Positions 1 through 14,300 of a stretch of DNA of 64,000 nucleotides are shown here, one piece after another. Numbering within the stretch: position 1 is the stretch's first letter; the number at the start of each line of letters is the position of its first letter. Both the position numbers and the translations under genes were made by a program. Under the pieces are notes generated by a model. The model searched no databases, was not told the DNA's origin, and saw only the letters and a program-made list of their open reading frames with translations. Location of the stretch: assembly GCA_032718475.1 (NCBI GenBank), contig JAUCBJ010004672.1, positions 7,333-71,332 on the forward strand, read 5' to 3'. This DNA comes from Nemertoderma westbladi. Taxonomy: Eukaryota; Animalia; Xenacoelomorpha.

Positions 1-2905
1 TTTTACCTCTGATATTTCGTCACAGAGATAGAACAACCCACACAATTACCATGACTTGGGTTTCTGTGGTGCGGGTTGTTTTACCTCTGATATTTTCTCA
101 CAGAGATAGAACAACCCACACAATTACCATGACTTGGGTTTCTGTGGTGCGGGTTGTTTTACCTCTGATATTTTGTCACAAAGATAGAACAACCCACACA
201 ATTACCATGACTTGGGTTTCTGTGGTGCGGGTTGTTTTACCTCTGATATTTTGTCACAGAGACAGAACAACCCACACAATTACCATGACTTGGGTTTCTG
301 TGGTGCGGGTTGTTTTACCTCTGATATTTTGTCACAGAGACAGAACAACCCACACAATTACCATGACTTGGGTTTCTGTGGTGTGGGTTGTTTTATCTCT
401 GATATTTTGTCACAGAGATAGAACAACCCACACAATTACCATGACTTGGGTTTCTGTGGTGCGGTTGTTTTACCTCTGATATTTTGTCACAGAGACATAA
501 CAACCCACACAATTACCATGACTTGGGTTTCTGTGGTGCGGGTTGTTTTACCTCTGATATTTTGTCACAGAGACATAACAACCCACACAATTACCATGAC
601 TTGGGTTTATGTGGTGCGGGTTGTTTTACCTCTGATATTTTCTCACAGAGATAAAACAACTCACACAATTACCACGACTTGGGTTTCTGTGGTGCGGGTT
701 GTTTTACCTCTGATATTTTCTCACAGAGATAGAACAACCCACACAATTACCATGACTTGGGTTTCTGTGGTGCGGGTTGTTTTACCTCTGATATTTTCTC
801 ACAGAGATAGAACAACTCACACAATTACCACGACTTGGGTTTCTGTTGTGCGGTTTGTTTTACCTCTGTTATTTTGTCACAGAGATAGAACAACCCACAC
901 AATTACCATGACTTGGGTTTCTGTGGTGCGGGTTGTTTTACCTCTGATATTTTCTCACAGAGATAGAACAACTCACACAATTACCACGACTTGGGTTTCT
1001 GTTGTGCGGGTTGTTTTACCTCTGATATTTTGTCACAGAGATAGAACAACCCACACAATTACCCTGACTTGGGTTTCTGTGGTGCGGGTTGTTTTACCTC
1101 GGATATTTTCTCACAGAGATAGAACAACTCACACAATTACCACGACTTGGGTTTCTGTGGTGCGGGTTGTTTTACCTCTGATATTTTCTCACAGAGATAG
1201 AACAACCCACACAATTACCATGACTTGGGTTTCTGTGGTGCGGGTTGTTTTACCTCTGATATTTTGTCACAGAGATAGAACAACACACACAATTACCGTG
1301 ACTTGGGTTTCTGTGGTGCGGGTTGTTTTAACTCTGATATTTTGTCACAGATATAGAACAACCCACACAATTACCATGACTTGGATTTCTGTGGTGCGGG
1401 TTGTTTTACCTCTGATATTTTGTCACAGAGATAGAACAACCCACACAATTACCATGACTTGGGTTTCTGTGGTGCGGGTTGTTTTACCTCTGATATTTTC
1501 TCACAGAGATAAAACAACTCACACAATTACCACGACTTGGGTTTCTGTGGTGCGGGTTGTTTTACCTCTGATATTTTCTCACAGAGATAGAACAACCCAC
1601 ACAATTACCATGACTTGGGTTTCTGTGGTGCGGGTTGTTTTACCTCTGATATTTTCTCACAGAGATAGAACAACTCACACAATTACCACGACTTGGATTT
1701 CTGTTGTGCGGGTTGTTTTACCTCTGATATTTTGTCACAGAGATAGAACAACCCACACAATTACCACGACTTGGGTTTCTGTGGTGCGGGTTGTTTTACC
1801 TCTGATATTTTCTCACAGAGATAGAACAACCCACACAATTACCGTGACTTGGGTTTCTGTGGTGCGGGTTGTTTTACCTCTGATATTTTCTCACAGAGAT
1901 AGAACAACCCACGCAATTACCATGAATTGGGTTTCTGTGGTGCGGGTTGTTTTACCTCTGATATTTTGTCACAGAGATAGAACAACTCACACAATTACCA
2001 TGACTTGGGTTTCTGTGGTGCGGGTTGTTTTACCTCTGATATTTTGTCACAGAGATAGAACAACCCACACAATTACCATGACTTGGGTTTCTGTGGTGCG
2101 GGTTGTTTTACCTCTGATATTTTGTCACAGAGATAGAAAAACCCACACAATTACCACGACTTGGGTTTCTGTGGTGCGGGTTGTTTTACCTCTGATATTT
2201 TGTCACAGAGATAGAACAACCCACACAATTACCATGACTTGGGTTTCTGTGGTGCGGGTTGTTTTACCTCTGATATTTTGTCACAGAGATAGAAAAACCC
2301 ACACAATTACCGTGACTTGGGTTTCTGTTGTGCGGGTTGTTTTACCTCTGATATTTTCTCACAGAGATAGAACAACCCACACAATTACCATGACTTGGGT
2401 TTCTGTTGTGCGGGTTGTTTTACCTCTGATATTTTCTCACAGAGATAGAACAACCCACACAATTACCATGACTTGGGTTTCTGTTGTGCGGGTTGTTTTA
2501 CCTCTGATATTTTCTCACAGAGATAGAAAAACCCACACAATTACCGTGACTTGGGTTTCTGTTGTGCGGGTTGTTTTACCTCTGATATTTTCTCACAGAG
2601 ATAGAACAACCCACACAATTACCATGACTTGGGTTTCTGTGGTGTAGGTTCTTTTACCTCTGATATTTTGTCACAGAGATAGAACAACCCACACAATTAC
2701 CACGACTTGGGTTTCTGTTGTGCCGGTTCTTTTACCTCTGATATTTTCTCACAGAGACAGAACAACCCACACAATTACCATGACTTGGGTTTCAGTGGTA
2801 TGGGTTGTTTTACCTCTGATATTTTCTCACAGAGACAGAACAACCCACACAATTACCATGACTTGGGTTCTGTGGTGCGGGTTGTTTTACCTCTGATATT
2901 TTGTT
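1..2905. repeat. 78-bp tandem satellite (about 37 copies, runs off the window's left edge)
   Basis: Unit TTTTACCTCTGATATTTTGTCACAGAGATAGAACAACCCACACAATTACCATGACTTGGGTTTCTGTGGTGCGGGTTG recurs with period 78 (starts at 1, 79, ...). Confidence 0.97.
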
Positions 2906-4627
2906 TTCATGGTGAAACTCTGGTATTTTACAACTTTTTTACAACGTTGCGTGGTTTGCTCACGTCCAGGTTCTCCTATTTTCTCAATTTCTTCTAATTG
3001 TACCAATTATACGGATCTAGGATTTTATTTAAATATAATATTGGTATAACGTCACCTTGTGCCATATTTGTGAAGAAAATATTTTTTTGATAATTTTTGG
3101 TATGCGTTGTTCTGGATCTATGGTCACGGCACGGTATGTAGAAAGCAATGGATAATATTATTGTTTGAATGGAATCTGAATTGCTATATTTAATAAATTA
3201 TCTGTAAAAAAATTCGTAAATATTTGTACTTTTTGGATTAAATATGTAATATTGTTATTGATCAATGAGATGTGGTGCGCTACTTGTGGTTTTTTGTTGC
3301 ATAAAAAAATTATATTTCGTGAGCGGATGTACTGTACAGTGTATATCTCGCATAACAATGAAAAGGGAGGGAAAATTATCTTCCGTCGTCGATAAACAGC
3401 TTTGTATCTGTATAAATTCCGACACCAAACATATTCTATATATTAGGCCCATTATATACAAAACTTACCCATTGTAGTGTATTATACTCAAATTCCACGA
3501 AACAAATAGAGTTAAAATGGAATAATTTAACAACAAACTACAAAGTAATCAAACTACAATGTCAGTAAGGGAATAATATGGGGAGATTAACAGTAATATC
3601 GCGGTATATAGTATTTCCGGAGGGGAGGTTAGTTTGTTGTCCAACACTACTGCACTAAACCCTGGACATGGACCATACCATTGATACCAACGCCACACCC
3701 CCCCCCCCCCCCCCCCCTTCCCCTCCCCAATAACCAAACCACCCTTACTTATCCGACCGCATGGACATCAAAAACACAATTAAGACATCCCATAGACTCA
3801 ACATCTAATAAATCAAAACACCGCACACAAAACAATAATTGTGTTTTTGGCTGGACTAAAACAAAATAACGCGAGATATTGTCAAAGAATAATACAGTGC
3901 TGTACAAAACTCATATAATCTGTACAAATACCCAAAACTTAACTCAGTAGGCCTACCGTGAGATAAATTCAGTTATTATATATAGTAATTATTGATTACA
4001 TTCCGGTGCTAATAATTACCCAGTAATAATTGCTACTGAGTAATATTATACCAGTTCCTTTGTAGTTCTCCGCACAACGAATTAAAATATAAATTAGTTC
4101 TTTATGGGAGGGAGTTTTGGATGGAAGGAGTTTTTATTTCACTTAATATTTGACTGTTTTTGAAAGATTAATTTAATTTCGGTAGGATATTATTGTGATT
4201 TACCAGTTTAGTTAATATCCGTCACACTTGAATGAAATATGTTACCACTGCAGTCACCATTATATTCTAAACTATATCTCTTTCAACTTAGGTATGTATG
4301 GTGATTAATACTTTCTATTTTTGAATTTGAGACAATGTTCTAAATTTCTTTAAAATGAAATGAAACTTACTCAGAGAGTTGTGCTGCAGTGTGGCAATGG
4401 GATCGGTTGTCGACTGCACCACAATAATTGTGGACAAACCTGGTTGCTGTACTAGAAAGGTAACCTAAGATTTTATGGCTGATATCGTGGATCAGCCTAA
4501 TTTAGGTTGCAGCTAAGTTATAATACAGATTAAATATTATTAAAGTTTATAAATGATCCTTAGCGGTTTGTACTCTGGAGTCATGGAGCCTGTTCTGGCT
4601 ACAAGAAAGCCACCTAGACTTCGTCAT

Positions 4628-4810
4628 AAGGCCTTCAACTCTGTCTCCCGCCCACACATAGATCATTGAGGCTTATGGCCTTATGCCATGGGAGCACTTT
4701 ATGATAGTTCCACAAGAGTTAGTCTGCACAGGTACAGTAGATACAGACCCATTTGAAATGTCATGTGGTGTCCTACAAGGTTACATGCTTGCATTCTTCA
4801 CTATTGTGAC
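4628..4810 (+). mobile_element. Degenerate fragment of RTE-like LINE reverse transcriptase
   Basis: Encodes KAFNSVSR and VDTDPFEMSCGVLQGYMLA, matching KAFDSVSR and GDTEPFEVLWGVLQGDTLA of the larger LINE at 7526-8242. Confidence 0.65.
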
Positions 4811-6116
4811 TGAGAATGTTTCTCTACCAATAGTGTTGGAAATAATAGAGACACCTAGCGACTAATCTTTGCACTGCACTTGGCATAATGGAACTCGATG
4901 ATGTGGCGCTGTAATCGAACAGCTGACTGCACCTTTCTCGATTGGTCAATTCCTTCAGGTGCCAACACTTCTTTTTATCATGGAATACTGAAAAACAAGC
5001 AAATCAAAGCAAGCAATCCAACACAGTCGACTCCGAGGCCGGAGTCGGATTTTGTCATCAGCTGAACATAGATAGAACGTTGATAAAACTACCGTAAAAC
5101 TACTATTCCAGAAAAAACTATTCCATAAAAAACCGTCGGTTCCCCTAGTGATATCTTCCCCCACCAGTCCTGGCTTGGGTGGGTCAGTGCTTGCTGTATG
5201 GGAATTCCCAATCTTGTGATTGCTGCCATGCATGAATGGGTCGACATCGAGAAAGAAAGAATAAAGCTTGAGGGTTTACAATAGTTTAATAATTATGCTC
5301 GTCCAGATAGTTGTCTGATTGTATTGCTGATTTTGCATGTGCATTCTTGTTGCCAGACATTATTTTGACAGAATCATGATTTTTAACTTTGATTTTAGCT
5401 ATGATTTTTATATTAGACGACGTAAGATGATCTGGTCATATCTCAACAAGAACTAAGACAGATTTCGTCAAACCATTTTCAGATTTGCAACCTCTATAAA
5501 AACTGTTTTAAAAACGGCTAAAACAGCAACTTTTTTGGAAGAATTAAGAACTTCAATAGCGGATAGCAAAGATTTAACTCAATATAAATTGAATATGGCT
5601 GACTGTTCAGAAATTTTACATAAGATGTCAAAGATGAATGAAATATCACTGTGCGACCAACCAGTACCTTATAATAATATAGAGTAGCACTGCTGGTATT
5701 CAATGCATCTGTGACTTTAATAACCACAAATTAGAAACAGTAATAGTGAATCTTTGTGGTGCAGAAGGTGTGTTGAGTTAGCTTTGCTTTTATATTGAAC
5801 TCAATCAATAATACTGCAATCTATGTGAGAAAAGTAATAACATAACAATTAACTCTCCATCTGTTTTTCGCTTTTATTTGTCAGTTTATTGCTGTTTGCA
5901 GAATTGCATTGCCAAATCATTAACTTTTAGATCTACTTCTGTTTTAGATTGGTGGAACTGTTGTGTACGGGTAGTGCAGTGCGTCAGTCTCTGCAGGGTG
6001 ATGCACCGAATGCAGACTGGACAGACTGATGAGGTTCTGATTAAGGACATAAGGCATGGGGGGGGGGGGTCGCCCTCGCTTCAGCAGATGGTAGTGGCAA
6101 TGGTGGAATTGGTCTA

Positions 6117-8902
6117 TTGATGAATCCAACTGCACATGCAGCATTGGACAAAATAGACCAAATCTCTAACCGCATCATCCGTTGCCACTTCTCATGTTCT
6201 GGAAGACTGGCTAAGAAGTTTCCTAAGGTGGTTCTGATTGTGTGCTACTCTCCAACTAGTGTTGCCCCTGTAGAGGAGGTGGAAAATTTCTACCACAATC
6301 TACAAGCAGCTACTGATGGAGTGGATCAGCATGCATTCTTAACATTCCTGGGAGACTTTAATCAAAGTCTGCATAAATCACCTACATCGCCTTGGGTCTA
6401 TAGCAATAGTGTTAACCGAAATTCCGTCCATCTTCAGGATTTTATCTCTGGAAATGGATTGTTTTCGGCTGGAACACAGTTCAAGAAGCGAACTGGAAAG
6501 CTATGGACTCATAGTGGACCCAGTGGTCACAAGTCCCAGATAGACCATGTCCTGTTTCGTAGGAAATACAGGAACTCTATACAAGAATGTAATGCATTTA
6601 CACTACGACCCTTCTCCAGTGATCACCGCCTTATTGTGGCCAAGGTAAGACTTAGTGTGCGTGCTAGCGGAACAACGAAATCTGCCTTGCCGCGGCATGA
6701 CTGGTCCTCTCTGTTGCAACAGCCAAGTGTGAGATCCAGCTTCACACTACAGCTGAGCAACAGGTATGAGGTTCTTGCCTCGGAGGCGGCAGATCACTGT
6801 GAGGGCTATACTGCCTTCACAGAGGCAGTTAAGTTAGCAGCTGCAGAATCAGTTCCTGTATACCCTCGAAACAGGAAACGGGCCCCATGGACTGACAACA
6901 AAATTCAGAAGTGCCGAAATGACCTCTACAAGGCGCAGAAAGAGTCCCCACTCAAACAGACTACAGCGGCCAAGAATGCAGTTAAGGCTGCATCTAGGTC
7001 CCTGCACAGGCAGTACTCTATTAATTTACAGGAGCTAATAAACCAACAGGTTGATGCCATCAATGATGCTGACGACAGCAGGCAATCATCCCAGGCATGG
7101 AGATCGATCAACTTGCTTGCTGGTCGAAAAGGCCAACCAACCACCAAGGTTAAGGCTGAATCACCAGCCGATCGCCTCAATGGTTGGAAGACCCACTTTG
7201 AAAAGCTCCTCAATAATGACAGGGTATTGCCTGGTAACTTTATAGAAGTAAAAGTGTCTGAGTCTGTACTCCCAGATATTCCCATTGGTGATATCTCCTT
7301 TGCAGAAGTGAAGGCTGCTGCAAAGAGCATTAAGACCAATCGTGCCAGTGGAGTAGATGGTGTTCCCCCTGAGGTCTTTAAAATACCTGAGTGTTTAAAG
7401 CTCATCTATCCCATTATAGTAGACATGTAACGAACAACAAGAGTCCCACAAGAAATGAAAACAAATAAGTTGGTGCCAGTTCCCTAGAAGGGCAATGGTT
7501 CTTTGGTTCTTTTCGGGGAATCTCATTGATCTCGATTGCTGCAAAGCTATACAATAGGATTCTATTAAATCGCATCAGGGATCCCATTGAGAGACTGCTC
7601 CGTGGAAATCAGAATGGATTCCGTAAAGGTCGTGGGACCTTGGAACCCATTTTGGCACTTCGAAGGATAATTGAAGAATTATCAAAAAAGAAAGACAGGC
7701 ATCTGGCTGTTATCTTTGTTGACTTCTTCAAGGCCTTTGATTCAGTCTCTCGCTCACGTATGTTCAGCATACTTTCATTATATGGGATTCCTGATGAAAT
7801 TATTGCAGCAATCAGATCAGTATACGATGGTTCGACAACATTTGTGTCTACTGTTGACGGTGACACAGAACCATTTGAAGTGTTATGGGGCGTCCTCCAA
7901 GGAGACACACTTGCACCATTCTTGTTCATTATTGTGGTTGACTATGTTCTACGCAGGTCCTTAGATCATCATAATGATGATGGGGTGATGATAACTCCAC
8001 CTACTGGCTCCAGAAGTCGAGGAAATCCTGCCAAGTACCTAACTGATCTAGACTTTGCTGATGACTTAGGAGTACTCTCAGAATCATTAGAGGGAGCCCA
8101 ACGGCTCCTCAGCTCATTAGAACATGCTGCTTCTAGTTTTGGTCTTTTTATTAACTCCAGAAAGACCAAAATTTTGACAGTTAACTTTGAAAGCCCTCAG
8201 CAAGTCTCTGATCGGATGAGCAGCAAGTCTCTGATCGGATGAGCATAAGCTCAAAGGATGGTATGCTTGAGCATGTGGACGACTTCTGTTACCTGGGATC
8301 ATGGATCCGGAAGTCAGGTGAGGACCTTCGAATACGTAAGGGAAAGGCATGGGCAGCCTTGAATAGGCTTTCCAGGATTTGGAAGTCACTGAGAATTAAT
8401 CGGAAACTTAAGGTCCGATTATTTAGAGCAGCAGTAGTTCCAGTACTCCTGTACGGGAGTCCATGCTGGGCTCTAACTGCTGAGGACACCAAATCTCTGG
8501 ATGGCATATTCACAAGAATGCTACGCCGGGTTCATTGTGTCAAGTACAATGCACACATCTCCAACCAGACACAATATAACATTGGAGGTTTCTCATTGGT
8601 TCCCCCAAGCTTGACACTAGAACAAAATCGCCTCCGCTTTGCAGGACATTGCTTTCGCCGTGAGGACCAGCCAGTACATAATCTTGTACTTTGGCAGCCT
8701 CATGGAGTGAATAAGCATGGTGGACAGCCCATGACTTTCTTGAGACGCATCTTAAAGGACCCTGGCCTTGAAGATGCGGATGATCTAGCAAATGTCATGG
8801 GTGATAGGGAGTTGTGGCGGTGCAATTTTGTTGACAAGCCGGCACAGCATTCTTAAAAATGCTGCTGCAATGCAGCATGCCGATCCTAGTAGTAGTAGTA
8901 GT
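6117..8902 (+). mobile_element. Non-LTR retrotransposon (RTE-clade-like), 5'-truncated and disrupted: APE endonuclease + RT, (TAG)n tail
   Basis: Endonuclease motifs CYSPT, LGDFN, QIDHVL, SDHRL; RT motifs QNGFRKGR, FVDFFKAFDSV, GVLQGDTLAPFLF, LDFADD, FCYLGS; RTE-type C-terminus (RLRFAGHCFR, DRELWR). Stops near 7428 and 7484 plus frameshifts; TAGTAGTAG tail at about 8887-8902. Confidence 0.92.
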
Positions 8903-9133
8903 ATCAACATAGGCCTACAACGTGGTCAACCATAACTATCAACATAGGCCTACAAGGTGGTCAACCACAACTATCAACATAGACCTACAAGGTGGTCAAC
9001 CTTAACTATACACATAGGCCTACAAGGTGGTCAACCATAACTATAGACATAGACCTACAAGGTGGTCAACCATAACTATCAACATAGGCCTACAAGGTGG
9101 TCAACCAGAACTATACACATAGGCCTACAAGGT
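8902..9133. repeat. 35-bp minisatellite (about 6.5 copies) joined to the LINE tail
   Basis: Unit TATCAACATAGGCCTACAAGGTGGTCAACCATAAC. Confidence 0.9.
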
Positions 9134-9359
9134 TCAATCATCTCCTTTACCTTACCTAAAAACATGGTATATTATTAATAAATTAATGTAAGTAGCTAGA
9201 CCACACGATAGCTGTTTAAGAAGTTCAATTGGTTGACCAATAATAATTCGATTACTCTGGACTAGTGATAGGCCTAGAAAGGGTCTGATTAACCAATGGT
9301 GAGGCCATAGACCAAAGGAACATTTGAGGCCCCTCAAAAAGGCACATTACACAAGGAAC

Positions 9360-9928
9360 ACTAGACACTAGAGCTGTTCACTAGTGCTGCTCACTAGAGC
9401 TGATCACTAGAGCTACTCACTAGAGCTTCTCACTGGAGCAGCTCACTAGAGCTGCTCACTAGAGCTGCTCACTAGAGGTGCTCACTAGAGCTTCTCACTA
9501 GAGCTGCTCACTAGAGCTGCTCACTAGAGCTGCTCACTAGAGCTGCATACTAGAGCCGCTCACTAGATCTGCTCACTAGAGCCGCTCACTAGAGCCGTTC
9601 ACTAGAGCTGCTCACTAGAGCTGCTCACTAGAGCTGCTCACTAGAGCTGCTCACTAGAGCTGCTCACTAGAGCCGCTCACTAAAGCTGCTCACTAGAGCC
9701 GCTCACTAGAGCCACTCACTAGAGCTGCTCACTAGAACCGCTCACTAGAGCCGCTCACTAGAGATGCTCACTAGAGATGCTCACTAGAGCTGCTCACTAG
9801 ACCCGCTCATAAGAGCTGCTCACTAAAGCTGCTTATTAGTGCTGCTCACCAAAGCTGCTCACAAGAGATGCTTACTATAGAGCTGCTCACTAGAGCTGCT
9901 CACTAGATCCGCTCACTAGAGCTGCTCA
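9360..9928. repeat. 13-bp minisatellite
   Basis: Unit CACTAGAGCTGCT, about 43 copies. Confidence 0.93.
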
Positions 9929-10261
9929 AATATATCGCATATTTTCAACCTTCAATTTTCTTTGAGGAATAATGCATAACAGTGCAATTAATTTTACTTT
10001 TTTCACAAATGTAAAATCTTATTAATAATATAATTAATAATTATTATAATAATAATAATTAAAGCGATTAGGATAGGTAAAACATTTTAAAAATTACAAT
10101 ATAACTCGCCAACAAATTATTGTTATTCTTATTACCATTGTTATTGTAATTAATGATTAATAAAATATTGACAATTAAAAAATAATTACGCATAATTAAA
10201 ATAACAAATATTAGTATATTAAGTGAATTAATTGTTAACTATAATATTTTGTACTTTAAAA

Positions 10262-10820
10262 TACTCGGTTTTTTCCCTTGAGAGCAGATAATTCTTCAAT
10301 GATATCATTGAAGTCGAGTTTGCAGGTTACGTTTTATTCAACAGCTAATAGTGTTAAATTTGTAGTGTTTACTTGAGACAGTGGTGAGCGCATGTAGGAT
10401 TTCAGCCTTCTTAAGTGCACTGAATGTGCGCTCACCCATTGCGACGCAATAAATTGCACCAGGAAAAGTCGCAGTGCTATCACAATGTAAGGAAACAGCT
10501 CTGATACATGAGTTTCTTTAAAGTATTTGAACTTTAAATGAAAAATTTATATTTAAATTAATATAATTTTAAATTTATGGTGTCATTAGCAACATATCCA
10601 GATAATTGCACAAGATAATTATCTTAATGTTTTTTCAGATTTACAGCTCTAATTTTTATTGATTCAGACGACTCATTGAACGAAAATAAGACTGCCAACC
10701 GTTTATGAACCTCAGAATGAGCTTCTTTTGTGTATTTTAGTTCCGATATAAGTGTGTCTACCATCTTCAGAAATATAGCCGTTCGAAACCTCTCCCTTAC
10801 AATTAGGTCAACTTGAGTAT
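10262..10820 (-). mobile_element. hAT-superfamily transposase remnant (C-terminal dimerisation domain), pseudogenised
   Basis: Minus strand reads ERFRTAIFLKMVDTLISELK and, across frameshifts, LFPYIVIALRLFL..VAMGERTFSAL/RRLKSYMRSPLSQ..LLAVE*..LDFNDIIEEL, typical of Dimer_Tnp_hAT (ZMYM1-like). Confidence 0.8.
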
Positions 10821-10849
10821 CTGTTGGTTCTCCAAGTAAACACCCCTTC

Positions 10850-11255
10850 TGGCAATTGGGCTGAACAGACACACCTTTTGGCTATGGGAGAGTGTTAGCC
10901 AATGAGGTGAGCTTATTGAAGAAACAGCCAATTAGAAGCCCAGAAATACTTCCATAGGCTGAACCGACACCCCAATTGGAAATATGCGTCCGGTCCGGTA
11001 CTACATACAGACTTACTACAGCAGTACAGTCCACAGTCCGACAATCTCACAGTACTACAGTACTACGATACTACAGTACTAACTACCTGACTACCTACCG
11101 GTAATGCTGTAATACTGTACAGCCTGACAGCTGTAAGCCTGTAATCAGGTAATACAGTAATAGTAACCCGTCTACCAGTCTACCGACTGACCGGTATCTA
11201 GTACTGCTGTACTGTCTGACTGTAGTTGGCCTACCCGATTCTCGATTCATGATTG
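10850..11255 (+). promoter_or_regulatory. Probable promoter/5'UTR region of the hnRNP L gene
   Basis: Clustered CCAAT boxes (AGCCAATGAG ~10897, AGCCAATTAG ~10926, CCCAATTGG ~10971) 280-360 nt upstream of the inferred start codon; no TSS data. Confidence 0.4.
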
Positions 11256-11369
11256 ATGATGGATTACGGCGGACCAATTAGTAAACGTATGAAGGTCGAC
11301 TATGGATCAACAGGATTGAGTGGTTCTCGCGGTGAAGGTTCTGCTGTTAGTGGTGGTGGTGGATATCCG
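11256..11369 (+). CDS. HNRNPL: hnRNP L exon 1 (N-terminus, NLS-like SKRMKVD, Gly-rich)
   Basis: ATG at 11256 reads [26 protein letters not shown], then CCG|GTAAGT donor; phase 0 fits exon 2. Confidence 0.7.
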
Positions 11370-14300
11370 GTAAGTCAGTAAGCAGCAAGCAGGTAACAGG
11401 CTGACAGGGTAAGTCAGTTATATACACTACCGGTACGGTATTATTCAATACCAAATATAAAAGTAAACAGTCAGACAGTAAAGTAAAAAATAAAAGTAAA
11501 ACAAATATAATATAATATAAAAGTAAACTCCTAACTCAACTCAGTCAGTCAGTAGACTCAACTTGTAGAAAATAATAACAACATTTTAGGCCCACTGAAT
11601 CCAATGTAGGCCTATCTGCCTATATGATATGGCTCTGATACCTGGCTGGATACTATTAAATTACACTGACATGCTGACAGCTGATTGGAGTATTGGATTA
11701 TATCAGTATATACAACAATTAATTTGTATGCAGTATTATTCAATACCTATCTGCCTATATATAAAAGTAAATTAATACTGTAATAATTCAAATAATTCGT
11801 AGAAAATAATAACTAAATTATAGGCCTACTCAATGTATATGATATATATGGCTCTGCAGCTCTGATACTATCAAATGTACACTGAGAGGCTTACTTGACT
11901 ATTGGACTATATAAAACAATTAATTTATATACAGTATTATTCAAAACCTATATATATATATATACAGATATAGGCCCCTATATAAAAAAGTAAGTTCATA
12001 CCTAAAATATCTTGTAGAAATAGTAACAGATTATACTGGATAGGATATTGCTCTGATAATTGAAACTAATATAAAGGAGACAATGTTGTTCTAGAGTTAC
12101 TACTACTACTATGGTTGTTGGCAGACATTACATGCATTCCTCATGGAACCACCGCTTGCATTGACCACATGTATCCAATTGATTGATTCTGCTTTTTCCT
12201 CTCTCCAATCATCATCATCTTCGAGTGGGGGCTCAACAAGCATGCAGGTGTAACAGATACTAGAATTAATTTTCAATTTCCTTGATGTAGTCTCTAAAGA
12301 TTTAGAAGCTGTCGAACTCTTTTCTTTGTTTTCTCTTCTTGTCTAGCGATCATTTCCAATCGTAGGCGCTCAGGTGACTCTTCACTCATCAATACCTCAC
12401 TTGTTGTTTCTGTACTGTACCCTAGTACATTTACGTTTTGCATTCTCTAAGGCAAATTTTGTTGATGTAGAAGGTAGGCCTACTGGTCGTAAAGCACTGG
12501 TAATTGCATATCGCATCGCATGGTTGAGTATGGTGATAATACATTTATTGATTGGATTTTACTGTGACTCTCAGGATCAGCTTGATGGTTGCTTGGATGA
12601 ACTGAATTAGGCGTTGAAGACATTACTGGTAAGGGAATTGATTGAATTGAAGGAGGTGGGGTGGATTGAATTGACGTGTTGATTGATTGGGTTACAGAAG
12701 TAGGACTTAGGATTATTTCTGTTGGTATCTTTAATGAACAATCATTCAGAGCTGGAGCACGCATATCAAAATCATCAATATTGAGAAATGGTGACACAGT
12801 CCCACAGTCCCAGAAGCTGTCGATTGATAAGATTGGTTAATAGGTACAGTATAATCGTGTTCCATTTCATTATCAGTAATGTAATGTTCATGCTATTCAA
12901 TTCCTGTAACTCGTACTCAAGGAAAAAACTGGGGTCTATAATAGGTTCATCATCATCAACCATGCTGGAAGTTATAGGTCCTATAAAAGACTCTTCCTCT
13001 AGAATATCTGAAGTGGATGGTTCTAGAATTGGTTGATCAACAACCTCAACTGGAGCTCCTGGTTCAGGAAGAGAAACTCCAGCAGTAACATGTGGGGCCG
13101 AGGCAGTGCGATCTAAATTAGGCCCATCACATGATTCAATAGAACCAATGGCATCACCTAGCTTTAACTTAGATATTGCTGGGGCATTCCTATCAACACG
13201 GTCTGGTATAGTCCACATTTCCGGAACCCACAAATGATGTAATCGGGCTTCTTAATAAAGGCCTCTGAGAAAAGTTGATCTAAGAGCGTTGGGTGGGAAG
13301 ATTTCCTTTTTAACTTTGGTCAGGCTACTCTCGCTATAAATCTAGATTTTATACCTAGACTTCTTTGCGGGACCAAATACAGATACATCCTATGGCTGCA
13401 ATGCAAATGACGAATTTGGTGGTAAATCAACTAAATGTACACTTTCCTCTCGAGCCCGAATCGCAACTTCACAAGATATATGTGACCCATTGCCATCATA
13501 AAACAATATCATAGGCTTCGGTTTCAATCGAACAAATTCAAGAAATGTGGAAAGGAACCAGGTCTTGAAACTATGGCCTTCCATCCAATCACTCTCCGTG
13601 ATGTTATATGTAGTTCCTTTTGGTCCACCCTGCAACCAACTCACAAGCATTCCTCTCCTGATTCCCACTTTTCCTTTGTACACCATATATGGCTGCAAAT
13701 ATGTACTGGACACATTATAAGGACGCAAAATAAGACAATAAAGCTCGTTTTTCCTTCAGTGGGAAGGAGATACTGTGCATCCTGTGTCCATAATGACTAT
13801 AAACATCTCTTTGCCTTTGGGTCTACACTCAATCCAACTTCATCAAGGTTAAAAAACCTATTGGCTGATTGGGGCACTCTTCCAGGGATAATCCAGACAC
13901 TAAATTTCCAACTAAAATGAAGAATTCGTAGAACAGTTGGATTCAACCCCTCTGGCTATAGTTACATATTCAGGTTTGCCCTTGGTCAATTGAGAAGCAT
14001 GTCTTCTTTCAAAGAGGCGAATCCATGATTGTCCTTGAAGAGGTTTGGTTCCCCTGTTGAATACAAATATGTCTTTATGACGTGGATTAGTTGGTCCTGG
14101 TTTAGTGGCCAACCACAATCACCAAGATATATCAGAGCCGATACTACATATTTCTCAATGTTTGGATCAATTATCGATGGGGCTCCTCTCCCAAAATGTT
14201 CCTTGCTTTTGAGCCACGGAAATTGTTACACAACCATTTGGATAATGTGCTTTTCGGTATTTTATATTTTTTGGGCAACTTCTCGTATTGAACATCGTTC

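Noticed and set aside
51-2997. 733-aa and related ORFs (TWVSVVRVVLPLIF repeats)
   Set aside because: Translation of a 78-bp satellite (multiple of 3); frameshifted at ~465 and has no unique domain.
6926-8791. Minus-strand ORFs over the LINE; likewise minus-strand ORFs over the Cys-loop gene
   Set aside because: Antisense shadows of real coding sequence with no recognisable motifs.
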